Positions 1-12,236 of a stretch of DNA of 64,000 nt are shown here, one piece after another. Source of the stretch: Calditrichia bacterium (GTDB lineage Bacteria; Calditrichota; Calditrichia; JAJRVZ01); NCBI GenBank assembly GCA_963796965.1, contig CAWCNS010000009.1, positions 480,001-544,000 on the forward strand. The letters are read 5' to 3'. The notes below the pieces were generated by a model, which ran no database searches, was not told where the DNA came from, and saw nothing but the letters and a program-made list of their open reading frames with translations. The first letter of the stretch is position 1. The number at the start of each line of letters is the position of its first letter. The position numbers were made by a program, and so were the translations under genes.

Positions 1-249
1 TACGGTATGGCTAGTATCCCCATTATCGGATTATGGGTTGGCTTTGCCCATATGCAGAAGCTTTACGCGATCACCGGCGCCTTATTTATTCCCATGCTTG
101 CATTGGTTCTATTGTGGCTAAACGGCCAGGCGAAATGGATTGGTGCAGACTATAAAAACAAACCTCTAACTTCAATTATTCTGATTATTATTTTACTCTT
201 TTTTATGCTGATAGCAGGAAGAACGTTTCAGAATGTTCTGGGGATTTAA
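1..249 (+). CDS. C-terminal end of a membrane transporter (possibly NRAMP-like), truncated by the window edge
   Basis: Hydrophobic helices, YAITGALFIPMLALVLLWLN motif; stop at 249. Confidence 0.5.
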   Translation, partial: YGMASIPIIGLWVGFAHMQKLYAITGALFIPMLALVLLWLNGQAKWIGADYKNKPLTSIILIIILLFFMLIAGRTFQNVLGI

Positions 250-285
250 TTTCTCCGTGAGAACAATTTTAATTCATTTATTATT

Positions 286-370
286 TAACCCCTTCAGGGT
301 TATTAATTTATAATATTCCTTTTTCCGGGGGCGTTGCCCCCGGCTACTATCTTTTGCCCTTTCAGGGCAA
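286..370. repeat. REP-like cluster of three short hairpins
   Basis: taaccccttcagggtta (286-302), ccgggggcgttgcccccgg (325-343), ttgccctttcagggcaa (354-370). Confidence 0.75.
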
Positions 371-404
371 TCCCAACAATCATGAATCCCGGTTCCCGAC
401 CACA

Positions 405-520
405 AATCACGTATCACGTATCCCATATCTAAAATCCCGCATCCCACATCTCGTATCTCGCATCTCGTATCCCGTATCACGCATCCCGTATCCCGAATCC
501 CGTATCCCGAATCACGTACC
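405..520 (+). repeat. Degenerate 7-nt tandem array (CGTATCC/CGCATCT type), C-rich on +
   Basis: About 15 units such as cgtatca cgtatcc catatct ... cgtatcc cgaatcc. Confidence 0.9.
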
Positions 521-539
521 GAGAAACCCATATTTTTTA

Positions 540-567
540 TTGCATTCTCCTGCTGAGTTTGTATATT
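540..567 (+). promoter_or_regulatory. Putative sigma70-type promoter TTGCAT-N16-TATATT
   Basis: Same motif with identical 16-nt spacer at 2868-2895, 28346-28373 and 36969-36996, each upstream of a + strand gene. Confidence 0.65.
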
Positions 568-926
568 AATGGCCTAAGGACCTCTTAATATTACTGAATC
601 GACTTCTATTTTTTCTATTGCATTTCTTTTATAAAACGAATCATCATTTTCCTACCCTGGTTTTGAACTGATAAAATATCATTTTCTCTGATTATTTTTA
701 TTATTTAATAAAATTTTATCTCCAAAAAACTTGAACGGTGGTTCAGGTGCAACTATGTCCTTGTAATAAAGGTCCGCCGAATTGCTCTTGATGCTTGATT
801 CAGGAACACCTGATCATAATCGTGATCACCTGAAAAAGAAACGTATAATTGGTTTATAGAATTATATCAGCAGTATTAAGAAGGCAGACAATTCAAAATC
901 AAACAGTGATAGGGAGGATTATAACA

Positions 927-2175
927 ATGAAATCAAAATTCTTTATCTATTCGCTTTTACTCTACGCTTTTATTGCATTCCCTGGCGGATGGTGATTTTC
1001 TAGTCAACAATGCAATTGCCAAGGGGCCCGATACTAAAATTATCTTTGATGGCAAAAAAACAGACTGGAATCAGCCCGTTCTGATTACTGCCCGGAATAA
1101 TAAATTGTCATATTTTCCAGAGGAGGTAGGCGCTGCAATCGCTGATCGTGTTGATGTTAAACATGTAAAAGCCTTTATCGATGCCGAGGAAGATAGACTT
1201 TACTTCTACTTCCGCTTTTGGGGTGGTCCGGTGTGGCCAAACTATGCTCAAGAAGGAGGAGTATGAAGGTCAGCCAATAGGTGCGGCATCGGGGTTATTA
1301 TCATCTTATGCTTGATTTGGACAATGATCCCTCAACCGGTTGGAATAATCATTATTATGAAGGACATTACACACCTTTAGGTTATTATGCCAGCCAGGGC
1401 GTTCCTAACACGGATCATCTTGGTGTAGAATGTCGTAATGGATTTGGAATTAGATTCTGGGTGGATGTTTCCGGATTGGACCGGAGAAATTAATTATGCT
1501 GCCTATGGTGGCGCTGATTACCGCGAGTATAATGGACAAGTGGGACCTTTAACCATTGCTGAATATTCCTGGTCTTATGTCGATGGTGCTACGGTCGAAG
1601 ATATGGTCCAACATGATGGTAATGTAATAAATTGGTACAGTGGCGAGGAACACTGGGCCGGACATGCATTTGGGAAAGATTTTCTGGAATATGGTGTTTC
1701 ACTGGATGCCGTTCGTGCCTATTGGGGCGAAGAATATCTCCAACCGGGTGATATGATCGGCATTGCTGCCTTTATCGAAACACCGATTGATGACTGGGGT
1801 GTTGACGTAACTCCAAGCGGTCATTTACGTGTGCCGGAAATGCAACTTAGCAAAGAGTTTGCTGGAAAAGCCGGTACCGACGGTGCTTCTATTCCAACAG
1901 AATTTGCATTGAATGATAACTACCCAAATCCTTTTAATCCGGAAACGGAAATCCGTTTTCAACTCCCGGAAAACAGTCATGTCATCATCCGCGTCTATAA
2001 CTCTCTGGGCCAGGAGATTAACACCTTGACCGATACCTATTATGAGGCTGGCTATCACAATGTTCGCTGGAGTGGGACGGATGGCAATGGTTTTCAGGTC
2101 TCCAGCGGCGTTTATGTTTACAGCATCCAGGCCGGGACCTTTCAGCAGATGAAAAAAATGATACTGATCAAATAA
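927..2175 (+). CDS. Secreted protein with a DOMON/sugar-binding-like N-terminal region and a C-terminal FlgD-Ig/T9SS sorting domain (frameshifted; ORFs 973, 1281, 1438)
   Basis: GGGAGG RBS before ATG 927; contiguous ORF fragments; [17 protein letters not shown]...SGVYVY...KKMILIK. Confidence 0.75.
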
Positions 2176-2239
2176 GGAAATATTATCAAACGATACCAAG
2201 AGAAAAAGATTTTGGGAGGATCGATAATTAAATGGTTTA

Positions 2240-2310
2240 GATGCATCCTCTACAAGGATGATATTTTTAAGCTTCGCCTGGTGTTACAATAATTTATCCT
2301 CTACGAGGAT
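2240..2310 (+). repeat. REP-like doublet (GATGCATCCTCTACAAGGATG-N20-GTGTTACAATAATTTATCCTCTACGAGGAT)
   Basis: Near-identical copies at 2426-2496 and 5682-5752. Confidence 0.85.
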
Positions 2311-2334
2311 CTATAATGGTTATAAAATGGTGGG

Positions 2335-2850
<516 letters not shown>

Positions 2851-2867
2851 TTTTCCCTATAAAATCT

Positions 2868-2895
2868 TTGCACTTTTATTCACTTTTTGTATATT
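2868..2895 (+). promoter_or_regulatory. Putative promoter TTGCAC-N16-TATATT
   Basis: Matches the recurring promoter motif; about 125 nt upstream of ATG 3022. Confidence 0.6.
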
Positions 2896-3021
2896 AACCT
2901 TCGTGAAGCCTCCATTTTAACACTATTAGATTAGTCGTATACCGGTTCTTGGTGATATTATTTTACCGATCTTTTTTGTTTGCAACAGAATCCTTATTGA
3001 TAAAAACTACGGGAGGATAAT

Positions 3022-5564
3022 ATGGTACGGATCTTAACCACATTCATTTATATCACGTTTCTCGTCTCCGCTGCAATTAGCCAGACCACCATTCCTGCCA
3101 GTTTTGTGAGTGGACAATGGACAAAAGCCAATTCCCCCTATTTGATTGAAGGCGAAATCACCATTCCCAATGATTCCACCCTTATCATTGATCCGGGCGT
3201 GGTTCTTGAATTCCAGGGGCATTATGCTCTGCAGGTTCAAGGCAGGCTGTTGGCGGTTGGAACAGTTAGTGATACGATTTTATTTACGGTTAAGGATACG
3301 ACCGGATTCAGTGAATTAGACACCACCCGCGGTGGCTGGTTTGGAATCCGTTTTTCCGACACGCCATTGACCAACGATTCCTCCAAAATCGAATATTGTA
3401 AACTGCAATATGGAAAGGCCGTTGCCGATATCTGGAGTCTCAATGCCGGGGGTGCCTTGTGTGTGCTTAATTTCGGTAAACTCTCTGTCTCCAATTGCCG
3501 TTTTGAATATAATATCGCCGGCGGACGTGAGTCGGATAGCCCTTCCGGTGGCGCCGTACATCTGGGTTGGTCGGATGTGCGTTTTAAAGAGACGGTCTTT
3601 GCTCACAACCAGGCACATATTGGTGGGGCCATCCACTATCATGGTTCGGATCCAATTTTCACTAATTGTACATTTTCTGATAACCGGGCAACAACTTCAG
3701 GCGCCGTATCTGTCACTCAGAATTGTAAGACGACAATGACCAACTGTTCTTTTCTCAATAACCAGGCTGAAGACCAGGGAGGGGGGATAACCTTTTGGAA
3801 TGGATCTGTAAGCATTCTTAATAATGTAATTTTCTCAGGCAACCGTGCAGAATGGGGTGGTGGATTCTGCGCCTACTATTGTGATTTGGAAATTAAAAAT
3901 TCCATTTTTACGGCGAATGCAGCAACAGGTTTTGGCGGAGGTGTGTGGACAGATAGCTGCGATATTATTGTAGATAATTGCCAATTCAAAGATAATAGTG
4001 GTGGTATTTGGGCCGGAGGCATATTATCAGGTCAAAGTATTTTGACCGTTCAGAATTGTCTGTTCGAGAATAATTCAGGCTCCGATCTAAGTGGGGGTAT
4101 TCATGCTGATTTCTCGATTGTTAATGTTGAACATACCCATTTTAGAGAGAACAGTGCCAGCATGAGCGCCGGCATTCATTCCTGGTTTACGGACCTAACT
4201 GTAAAAAGCAGTTTGTTTGAAGAAAATACTGCCGATTTTGGTGGAGGGATCCATTGTGATTACAGCCATGTCTGGATTGACAGTACCCAATTTTTGGGGA
4301 ATTCAGCCAAATGGGGCGGCGGTGTCCACGCCTATAACAGTGATTTAAAAATCGACAGTTGTCTTTTTTCAAAGAATGAAACGACTGAAGGAGATGGCGG
4401 TGGATTTGACTACCGGGCAGATTCAACCATCTTTGGCAGGGCCTACCAGGTGGAAATTACCCGCTCTCGTTTTATCGGAAATACGGCGCTCGGAAATAGC
4501 GGTGGCGGGCGAATTGAGCAGAGTGAATCTGACGTTTCTTTGATCGATATTGTTATTGATCAATGTGAGTTCCGACAGAATCATGCTGATATATATGCTC
4601 CCTTCAGAATAAATGGTAAAATTTCTGACATAAGCGTATCCAATTCACTGTTTACAGGAAATACAGCCTCACGCTGGGTGGCTGGCGCCGGATTTCTTGC
4701 GGTGACTTCCGGAAGCGTGACGAATTGTATTTTTTCATCAAATTATGCTACCTATTCAGATAGTACAGCCTTGTCATCTCAGGCCACACTTGCCCTTGAA
4801 GCGCGGGTAGATTTTTTTAATTGTACGTTTCATGATACCTCTGATGTGGGCGGTTATGGTCTCTCCATGCGCCGTGGATGTGTGGCAACCCTTAGCAATT
4901 GTATTATCTGGGGTTGTGGTGACCGGCCCATTATAATTACTACCGCTGCAGAATTAGGTTGCACGGCCTATGTAAATTACTGTAACCTGGAAAACGGTAG
5001 GGATAGTGTTTCTGTATCGGATTCTGCATCAACGCTTCACTGGGGTGAAGGTAATATGGCTGAGAATCCTGAATTTGTTGATGTGGATAAGGGCGATTTA
5101 CATTTAGCGGATACCAGTCCCTGTATTGGTACAGGAACTAATTGCTATAAACTAAATGATGTCTGGATGTGTGCACCGGAATTTGATCTGGATGGTAATT
5201 CCCGTCCCGCTCCCATTGGCAGCAATGCCGATCTGGGTGCCTATGAAAATGATCTGGGTATCCCAACATCAATTAGAGACAGGGCTGAGTTGCTTCCCTC
5301 AGAATTTAAACTTAACCAGAATTATCCCAATCCTTTTAATCCATCTACAATGATCAATTATCAATTACCAATTAACAGTGAAGTAGAACTTTCAATTTAT
5401 AATTTGCTTGGCCAGAAAGTAATAACCTTGGTCTCAGAAAAACAGGAGGCGGGTAACACCAGGTGATCTGGAATGCCAGTGGTTTTGCCAGTGGCGTTTA
5501 TTATTACAGATTAACGACTGATACAGGTTTTGTGAAAACGCGGAAGCTGGTTGTGATAAAATGA
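3022..5564 (+). CDS. Secreted parallel beta-helix repeat protein with choice-of-anchor-Q-like segment and T9SS-type CTD (frameshift near 5460)
   Basis: Signal peptide ending AIS-Q; many F..N.A..GGG repeats; [33 protein letters not shown]; last CTD strands continue in another frame to TGA 5562-5564. Confidence 0.85.
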
Positions 5565-5580
5565 TGGGGGAGGTGGGAGG

Positions 5581-6098
<518 letters not shown>

Positions 6099-6100
<2 letters not shown>

Positions 6101-7644
6101 ACATCCCCGGCATCTCATAATACAGTTCCGCTCCCGGACCTAACGGCAACCCCAATAATATCCACACAATAATCAGGATTGTCCATAAGATAAAAAACAC
6201 AATGGAATAAGGCAGCATCGTGGCAATAACCGTCCCGATACCCGCTTTTGTTTCATATTTTTGCATAAAAGCGATAATCAAGGCAAAGAAACTCATCATC
6301 GGCGAAATCACATTGGTTACACTATCCCCAATGCGATAACCCACCTGCGTCAACTCCGGTGAATAGCCCAGAAACATAAACATCGGCACAAATATCGGCG
6401 CTATCAAGGCCCATTTGGCAGAAGCACTGCCCATCAGCATATTAATCATCGCGGCCAATAATATAAACATAATCATTAAGGGGATTGTACCAAGACCGGA
6501 GGCGGAAAGCATATTTGCCCCCTCGATGGCAATGATTTGACCCAGATTACTCCATTTAAAATAGGCAACAAACTGGGCTGCAAAAAACACCAGCACCATA
6601 TAAAGACCCATGGACTGCATCGCCGCGCCCATACCCTTGACGACATCACCGTCATTTTTAAACTTGCCGGAACCAACACCATAGGCCAACCCAGTGAGTC
6701 CGGCGGTGAGAAACAGCAAGGCTACAATTCCTTTGATTAATGGAGAAGTGAGGATCCCCCCATCAAAACTGCGCAGGATGCCATTAGCCGGGACAATACC
6801 GATCAGGATGACAATTAAAAGGACCAGGGCAATGATCAGACTATACCACAATCCTTTCTTTTCCTGAGGACTAAGTTTGTCAATTGTTTCAGAACCGGTA
6901 CCATTTTCATCTTTATATTTTCCCAGACGGGGTTCTACGATTTTTTCTGTTACCCAGGTTCCGCCAAAAGTGATCAAAAAAGTAGAAACAACCATGAAAT
7001 AATAATTAGCCGTAGGATTTACCGTATAGGCGGCATCGACAATATGCGCCGCTTCTTCGGAGAGCCCCGCCAGCAATGGATCCACAGTTCCTAATAAGAG
7101 GTTGGCACTAAATCCACCGGATACACCGGCAAAGGCCGCTGCCATTCCGGCAATGGGATGCCTTCCCACAGCAATAAATATGACACCGGCCAGCGGTATT
7201 AACAATACATAACCCACATCACTGCCAATATTGGACATCACGCCGGAAAAAACGAGAATAGCCGTAAGCAAGTGAGAAGGTGCTGAAATAACGAGTAGTC
7301 TGATAACCGCTCCGATCAACCCACTGCTCTCGGCAATACCGATACCGAGCATCGCCACCAGAACGATTCCCAGAGGGGCAAATCCGACAAAATTTTTAAC
7401 CATATCGCGAAGGATCATATGCAGACCTTCACGGCTGAGCAGGTTAACAGGCTCGATAATCTCCTTTGTAGCGGGATGAATAGCCTGCCAGTCCAGCCAA
7501 TCTGCCAGAGCAGAAAAGAATATAACAGAAAGTGCAAAGAGGGCAAAGATAGTGGCCGGATGCGGGAGTGCATTTCCTGCTTTTTCTATATAACCTAAAA
7601 ATCGTTGAAATTTTCCTATCTTTTGGCTTTTTTTTATCACCCAT
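6099..7644 (-). CDS. abgT: AbgT family transporter (p-aminobenzoyl-glutamate/antimetabolite transporter family)
   Basis: [42 protein letters not shown] motifs; start position uncertain. Confidence 0.9.
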
Positions 7645-7720
7645 AATAGTGATTTTCCTTCTAAAGTTACTGCACTCTCTTTAAAAAAATAATTATTAAC
7701 TTGATGTATATATAAATTCC

Positions 7721-7825
7721 CACGCAAAGGCGCTAAGACGCAAAGAAATATATATTTAGAGAATTTTATCTTAATTATCTATGTATCTTATTAATAAATC
7801 TTCGCGACTTGGCGTCTTGACTGGC
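7721..7825. repeat. Inverted pair of CGCAAAG(A/G)CGC-type repeats
   Basis: cacgcaaaggcgctaagacgcaaag ... ttcgcgacttggcgtcttg; relatives at 42682-42708 and 44978-45113. Confidence 0.6.
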
Positions 7826-8083
7826 GATGAAGTATTCAGGCTATTTGCCTAAATCCCATAATTGCCAAATGAAGTCAGAAAATACAAAAAAATTGAATCG
7901 GGTCAAATTTTTGAGAGGTAAGGCTAATGATTTGGTGAATGACAATAGTGATTTTTATGGTTTTATCTGGTATATCAATTCATTTGCCCAGGACGAAGAT
8001 CCCCTCGCCGATTCAAAAATTATCCCTCCGGGCGGTGGCGAAGAAATTGTGGCAATTGATCCAGTAACTGATCTGCAATGATA

Positions 8084-8815
8084 CTATTTAATTAGAATCA
8101 TTTTCTTGATTTGTTGAAACTTGCCAGCATTATAAATATAATAATACAGACCACTTGCCAAACCACTTGCATCCCATTGTACGTGATATTTACCTGGACC
8201 TTGTTTCTCATCTACTAAGTTTACAACTTTTTGGCCTAGTAAATTGTATACAGAAAGTTCAATATAACTGGTAATTGGTAACTGATAATTGATCATTGTA
8301 GCATTGTTAAAGGGATTGGGATAATTATCAATCAGATACTTATTTCTGTATTCAGGGATGTTTGCCGGGATTGCCGTGGGAAAAACTTCACGGGAAACCC
8401 GCCCCCCCCAGGGACAGAATTGGCCAAGTACGCCAACCCAATAATCCAGATTATCCTCAACAAACTGCGGACAGCCATCACAGACCTCTATGGAATTAAA
8501 GGTTAAGGTCCACTGGCTGGGTTTAAAATGCCAGTTCCAGTCCAGATTAAAACCACCATTACCATGATCGATAAAGCCAATGATGAATAACATACGTTGA
8601 CGTTCCGGCAGGGCTAACTCATTTTCAACCAGGTTTATTACCGCCGTATCGGAGGTAAGAGCAATAAAATTGTTTCTTTGACTGGAATTGCACTCGGACA
8701 CCACAAATTCAAAATATCGTTGTCCGTGAAGGGGTACTGCCATTAAGCAGCAGGTAGAGTATTATACCGGATAGAGATGGTCTCAATAACATCAGATAGG
8801 GAAAAATCTTTTCAT
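8084..8815 (-). CDS. Secreted BP74-like domain protein with T9SS-type CTD (frameshift in signal peptide)
   Basis: EVCDGCPQFVEDNLDYW...FCPW motif; NYPNPFN CTD; ATG at 8815 (MKRFF...). Confidence 0.7.
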
Positions 8816-8933
8816 AGACTTTCCGAAGACTGATCACAGTTAGCCAATTCTACAAAGATATTCGCGTACTAAAACAATAAGAAAATGCTTATCAGAAATT
8901 TTGTTAAATCCTATAATTTAGTTAAATAATCTG

Positions 8934-8963
8934 TTGACACAAGTACACTTATTTTGATAAAAT
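8934..8963 (+). promoter_or_regulatory. Putative promoter TTGACA-N18-TAAAAT with TGn extension
   Basis: ttgacacaagtacacttattttgataaaat upstream of the S8 gene. Confidence 0.45.
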
Positions 8964-9282
8964 ATAGCGTCCTCGCTTCTCGTATTTTATTAACACATAA
9001 GACTGAAATATCCAAACACATATGACGCATATCATGATCGCAATTCATGGCTGTTCTATATTTGAATGGAAACCGCTATTTGTCATCTTGATAACACAAG
9101 CTATCATAATGTAGTTTTTAGAATTTATCTGTTACGCGTTTTGATTGATTCTGTTATTTATGACTGTAATCAAGTACAATGATTTCTCACATTTATTAAT
9201 AATCCACCATTTTAACAGGAAAGGAGGTATGAGTTTTAATTTTTATTAATTAACAGTAGATCATTTAAGGGAGGATTGATCA

Positions 9283-10691
9283 ATGAACAAATATGTATTT
9301 ATTTTTATTGTATTGATTGTAGCCATTGCATTTATGTCCTGTCAGCAGCAGGAGCCTCTTGCTGAAAAGCCCACGCCAAGTATACAGGATATTACTCTGG
9401 CTAAGAAAAACGTTGCCACGATAATGGTAGTGACCAATTTTTAGTACTGTTTAAGGGGAAAATTCCTGCAGGTTTCGCCGCTGAAGTAGAAGCCTTAGGG
9501 GGTGAGGTTTCCTATAGCCATGATATAGGATTCGCAGTTGTTAAAGGTCTTAGCATTTGACAAAGCCAATAAATTAGGAAGTTGGAGGGTGTTCAAGAAA
9601 TCCAGCAGGATGATTCCTTCGAGCTGGAACCCATAACTGAGCAGCAGGCGTATCGAGGTTATGACTATGTTGAGTCTCCAATTGATCCTACAACGGAGCA
9701 TATTATCCTCGGCAATGGAATATGCGTGCCATTCATGCTGATCAGGCCTGGGCGGCAGGGCGCTTAGGCTCACCAGAAATTGATATCGCAATATTAGATA
9801 CAGGGATTGATTACGAGTATCCAGATTTACTCGGACGGGTAGACCTTTACCGATCGGCCTCATTTGTTCCAGTTGACGATCAACTTGTTGAGATTATTTT
9901 CCGGGCAAGCATCCTGTTACTGATCTTGCATATCCATGGCACACATGTAGCCGCAACCGCCGTGAGCAATGGATAGTAGCTGCCGGAGTAACATCGCAAG
10001 TTACATTAATCGGCGTCAAAGTATGTAGTGTTTTGGGTGGTTGCGATTTCTCCAGCGTCATTTCCGGCGTGCTTTATGCGGTTGACATTGGCGCCGAGGT
10101 AATTAATATGAGTTTAGGTGGTTATTTTATTAAAGCCGGATAAAGGCCGGTATGTAGGTTTCATTAACTCTATCTTTAATTATGCCAATTCAATGGGCGT
10201 AACCGTTGTAGTGTCTGCAGGCAATGAGGCCATCGATCTTGATCATGATGGTAATCACTATAAAACGTACTGCAGCGCGCCAAATGTGATCTGTGTATCC
10301 GCCACAGGCCCAACTTCTGCGGATGATTTTTATTACGGCCCCTGGTATGAGATTGATGCACCTGCATCTTATACTAATTATGGCAGATCAGCCATAAACG
10401 TTGCTGCCCCCGGTGGTAATGATGGTGGCTTCGTTTGGGCAGGTTGTTCACAAACAAGTCTATAATTCCTGGCTGTCAAAACTGGAATATTTTATTATTG
10501 GTATGGCAGGTACCTCCATGGCCGCGCCTCATGTGTCCGGTTTAGCAGCGCTCATGGTTGAAGACTTTGGACGGAATCCGGGAAGGGTTAAAACAGCTAT
10601 CCAGCAATCCGCCGATGATCTGGGTCAGCCCGGTACCGATCCCTTTTATGGCAAGGGACGAATCAATGTGGATACCGCGGTCCAATACTAG
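9283..10691 (+). CDS. S8 (subtilisin) family serine protease, lipoprotein (several frameshifts)
   Basis: Lipobox FMSC; LDTGID, HGTHVA, SAGN and GTSMAAPHV catalytic motifs across ORFs 9582/9722/10118/10401. Confidence 0.9.
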
Positions 10692-10721
10692 TCTTCTAAA
10701 TCTTTGAATTTATGCATATGA

Positions 10722-10757
10722 GAAAGAGGGTGTCATCTCACCGACACCCTCTTTTTT
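10722..10757 (+). terminator. Rho-independent terminator
   Basis: aaagagggtgtc-atctcacc-gacaccctcttt followed by T-run. Confidence 0.85.
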
Positions 10758-10780
10758 ACGTCCTTCTTTCTCTGCGTTCT

Positions 10781-10802
10781 TAGGGCAGACACACGGGTCT
10801 GC
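10781..10802. repeat. REP-like hairpin (GTAG-type family)
   Basis: tagggcagacacacgggtctgc; related to 49312-49333. Confidence 0.55.
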
Positions 10803-10839
10803 TCACTTCATCCTCACACCTACCTTACACTTTTCTCCA

Positions 10840-12065
10840 CTAACGCTCTTCTCTACCCAAAATCCCCCTCAGCACATCCGGCTGAAACCAGTATACGGCC
10901 TGGCGACCATTAATAATAACAGCCGGTGTACCGGCAATTTTAAATGTAGTGGCCAGATTTATATGCGCCTGTAGATTTTTATAGGACTCCTTTGAAAAAA
11001 GACAGGCAGCAAATTCTTTGATGTCCCAGGGTCGTCTTTCAGCTAACTTCATTATAAAAGGAATATTAAGGCTATCAGGATTGACGGAAAAGATCATCAT
11101 GGAATTCATGAAATTCCGGTTTATGCTGGGCACATATTGCCGCCCTGGCTGCCAAACCGGCCCCGGGATGGATCGGTTTTTGGAAGATAAGGATTGACCT
11201 TGCGATCCAGAGGAAAATTGATAAAATACAAACAGACCTGTTTCTCATACTCATTCAATAGAGTGGTAATTGAAATGCCGCCTGCCGGCAGGAAGGACAG
11301 TAAAAATCGCTTATAACCAATATCTTTATATCCTCTTTACCTTCTCCCCACATCGGTGTAAATCCTGAAAGATCGGTAGTAATTGGGTTGCTGATAAAAA
11401 CGGCTTACTTCTTTTTCTACATCCAGATTGAGCGGATCCAGCGTATGCATATATCCCTTCATTCCCAAAAAACCCAATCCAAAAACCAGGGAGAAACCTA
11501 TTAAAAGCATACCATTTTTGTTGGACCTGATGACGATTTAAGGATCTGTTTTCTGTTTCTCTTTGCCGTGGTGCAATAAATATGTCTCTAATTCTTACTT
11601 CTGAACGGCGGGGATAACGCTGAAGTAGTACGAATACGATGATATTCATCATGTACATCAGAATACAAACCGGACAAAGGATATTCAGAACAAAAAACAT
11701 GATGACGGCTTTATATAATAATCATCACCATTGAGATCAGCGTTAACAGATAGGCAACCTGCACCAGATCTTTTCTTGTCGGATTGTTTTATTACTATCC
11801 ATAAAGCGGTCAGACCGATCCATAAATAATACAGAAATCCCCACCAGGCAACCGGTATACCGATAAACATCGCCTCACTTGAGGCCTGGGCTTTATCACA
11901 ACTGATCCAGGTATTAGCCTCGCACAATCCCGGATCTGCTGACTGAAAATTATAGATTAGTAAGGTTTGCTGGGTCGCGTAGAAGGAGATGATTAAACCT
12001 GTAAAAGCAAGGAGTAAAATAAAGATTAGAGATTTTTTTTCTAAATTTTTTTTCTCAAATATCAT
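10840..12065 (-). CDS. VKOR family disulfide-bond protein fused to a DsbA/thioredoxin domain (frameshifted)
   Basis: C...SC..SSEAMFIGIPVAWWG and LCPVC in the VKOR part; SDFYCPSC read on the minus strand near 11285-11312; GTPAVIING. Confidence 0.8.
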
Positions 12066-12236
12066 GTACAGAAAACCTCAAAATTCATTTTTTTAAATTA
12101 TATCGGTCTTTCCATCCATGCACGATCAACTTCTTGTCATAATTTTTTATACCTAAAAGAATCCATCATGTGCAGGATGATACTTGTATTTTAAAGATCA
12201 TCTGTTACGAAAGTTAACGAAAGAATAATCTGAAAC

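Noticed and set aside
274..569. ORFs 274-531 (-) and 354-569 (+), also 5918-6172 and 22974-23168
   Set aside because: They are translations of heptamer arrays (SRIPYP / GIRDT) with no RBS.
9221..9249. Leader peptide MSFNFY after AAGGAGGT
   Set aside because: The SD abuts the ATG with no spacer and no attenuator structure is evident.
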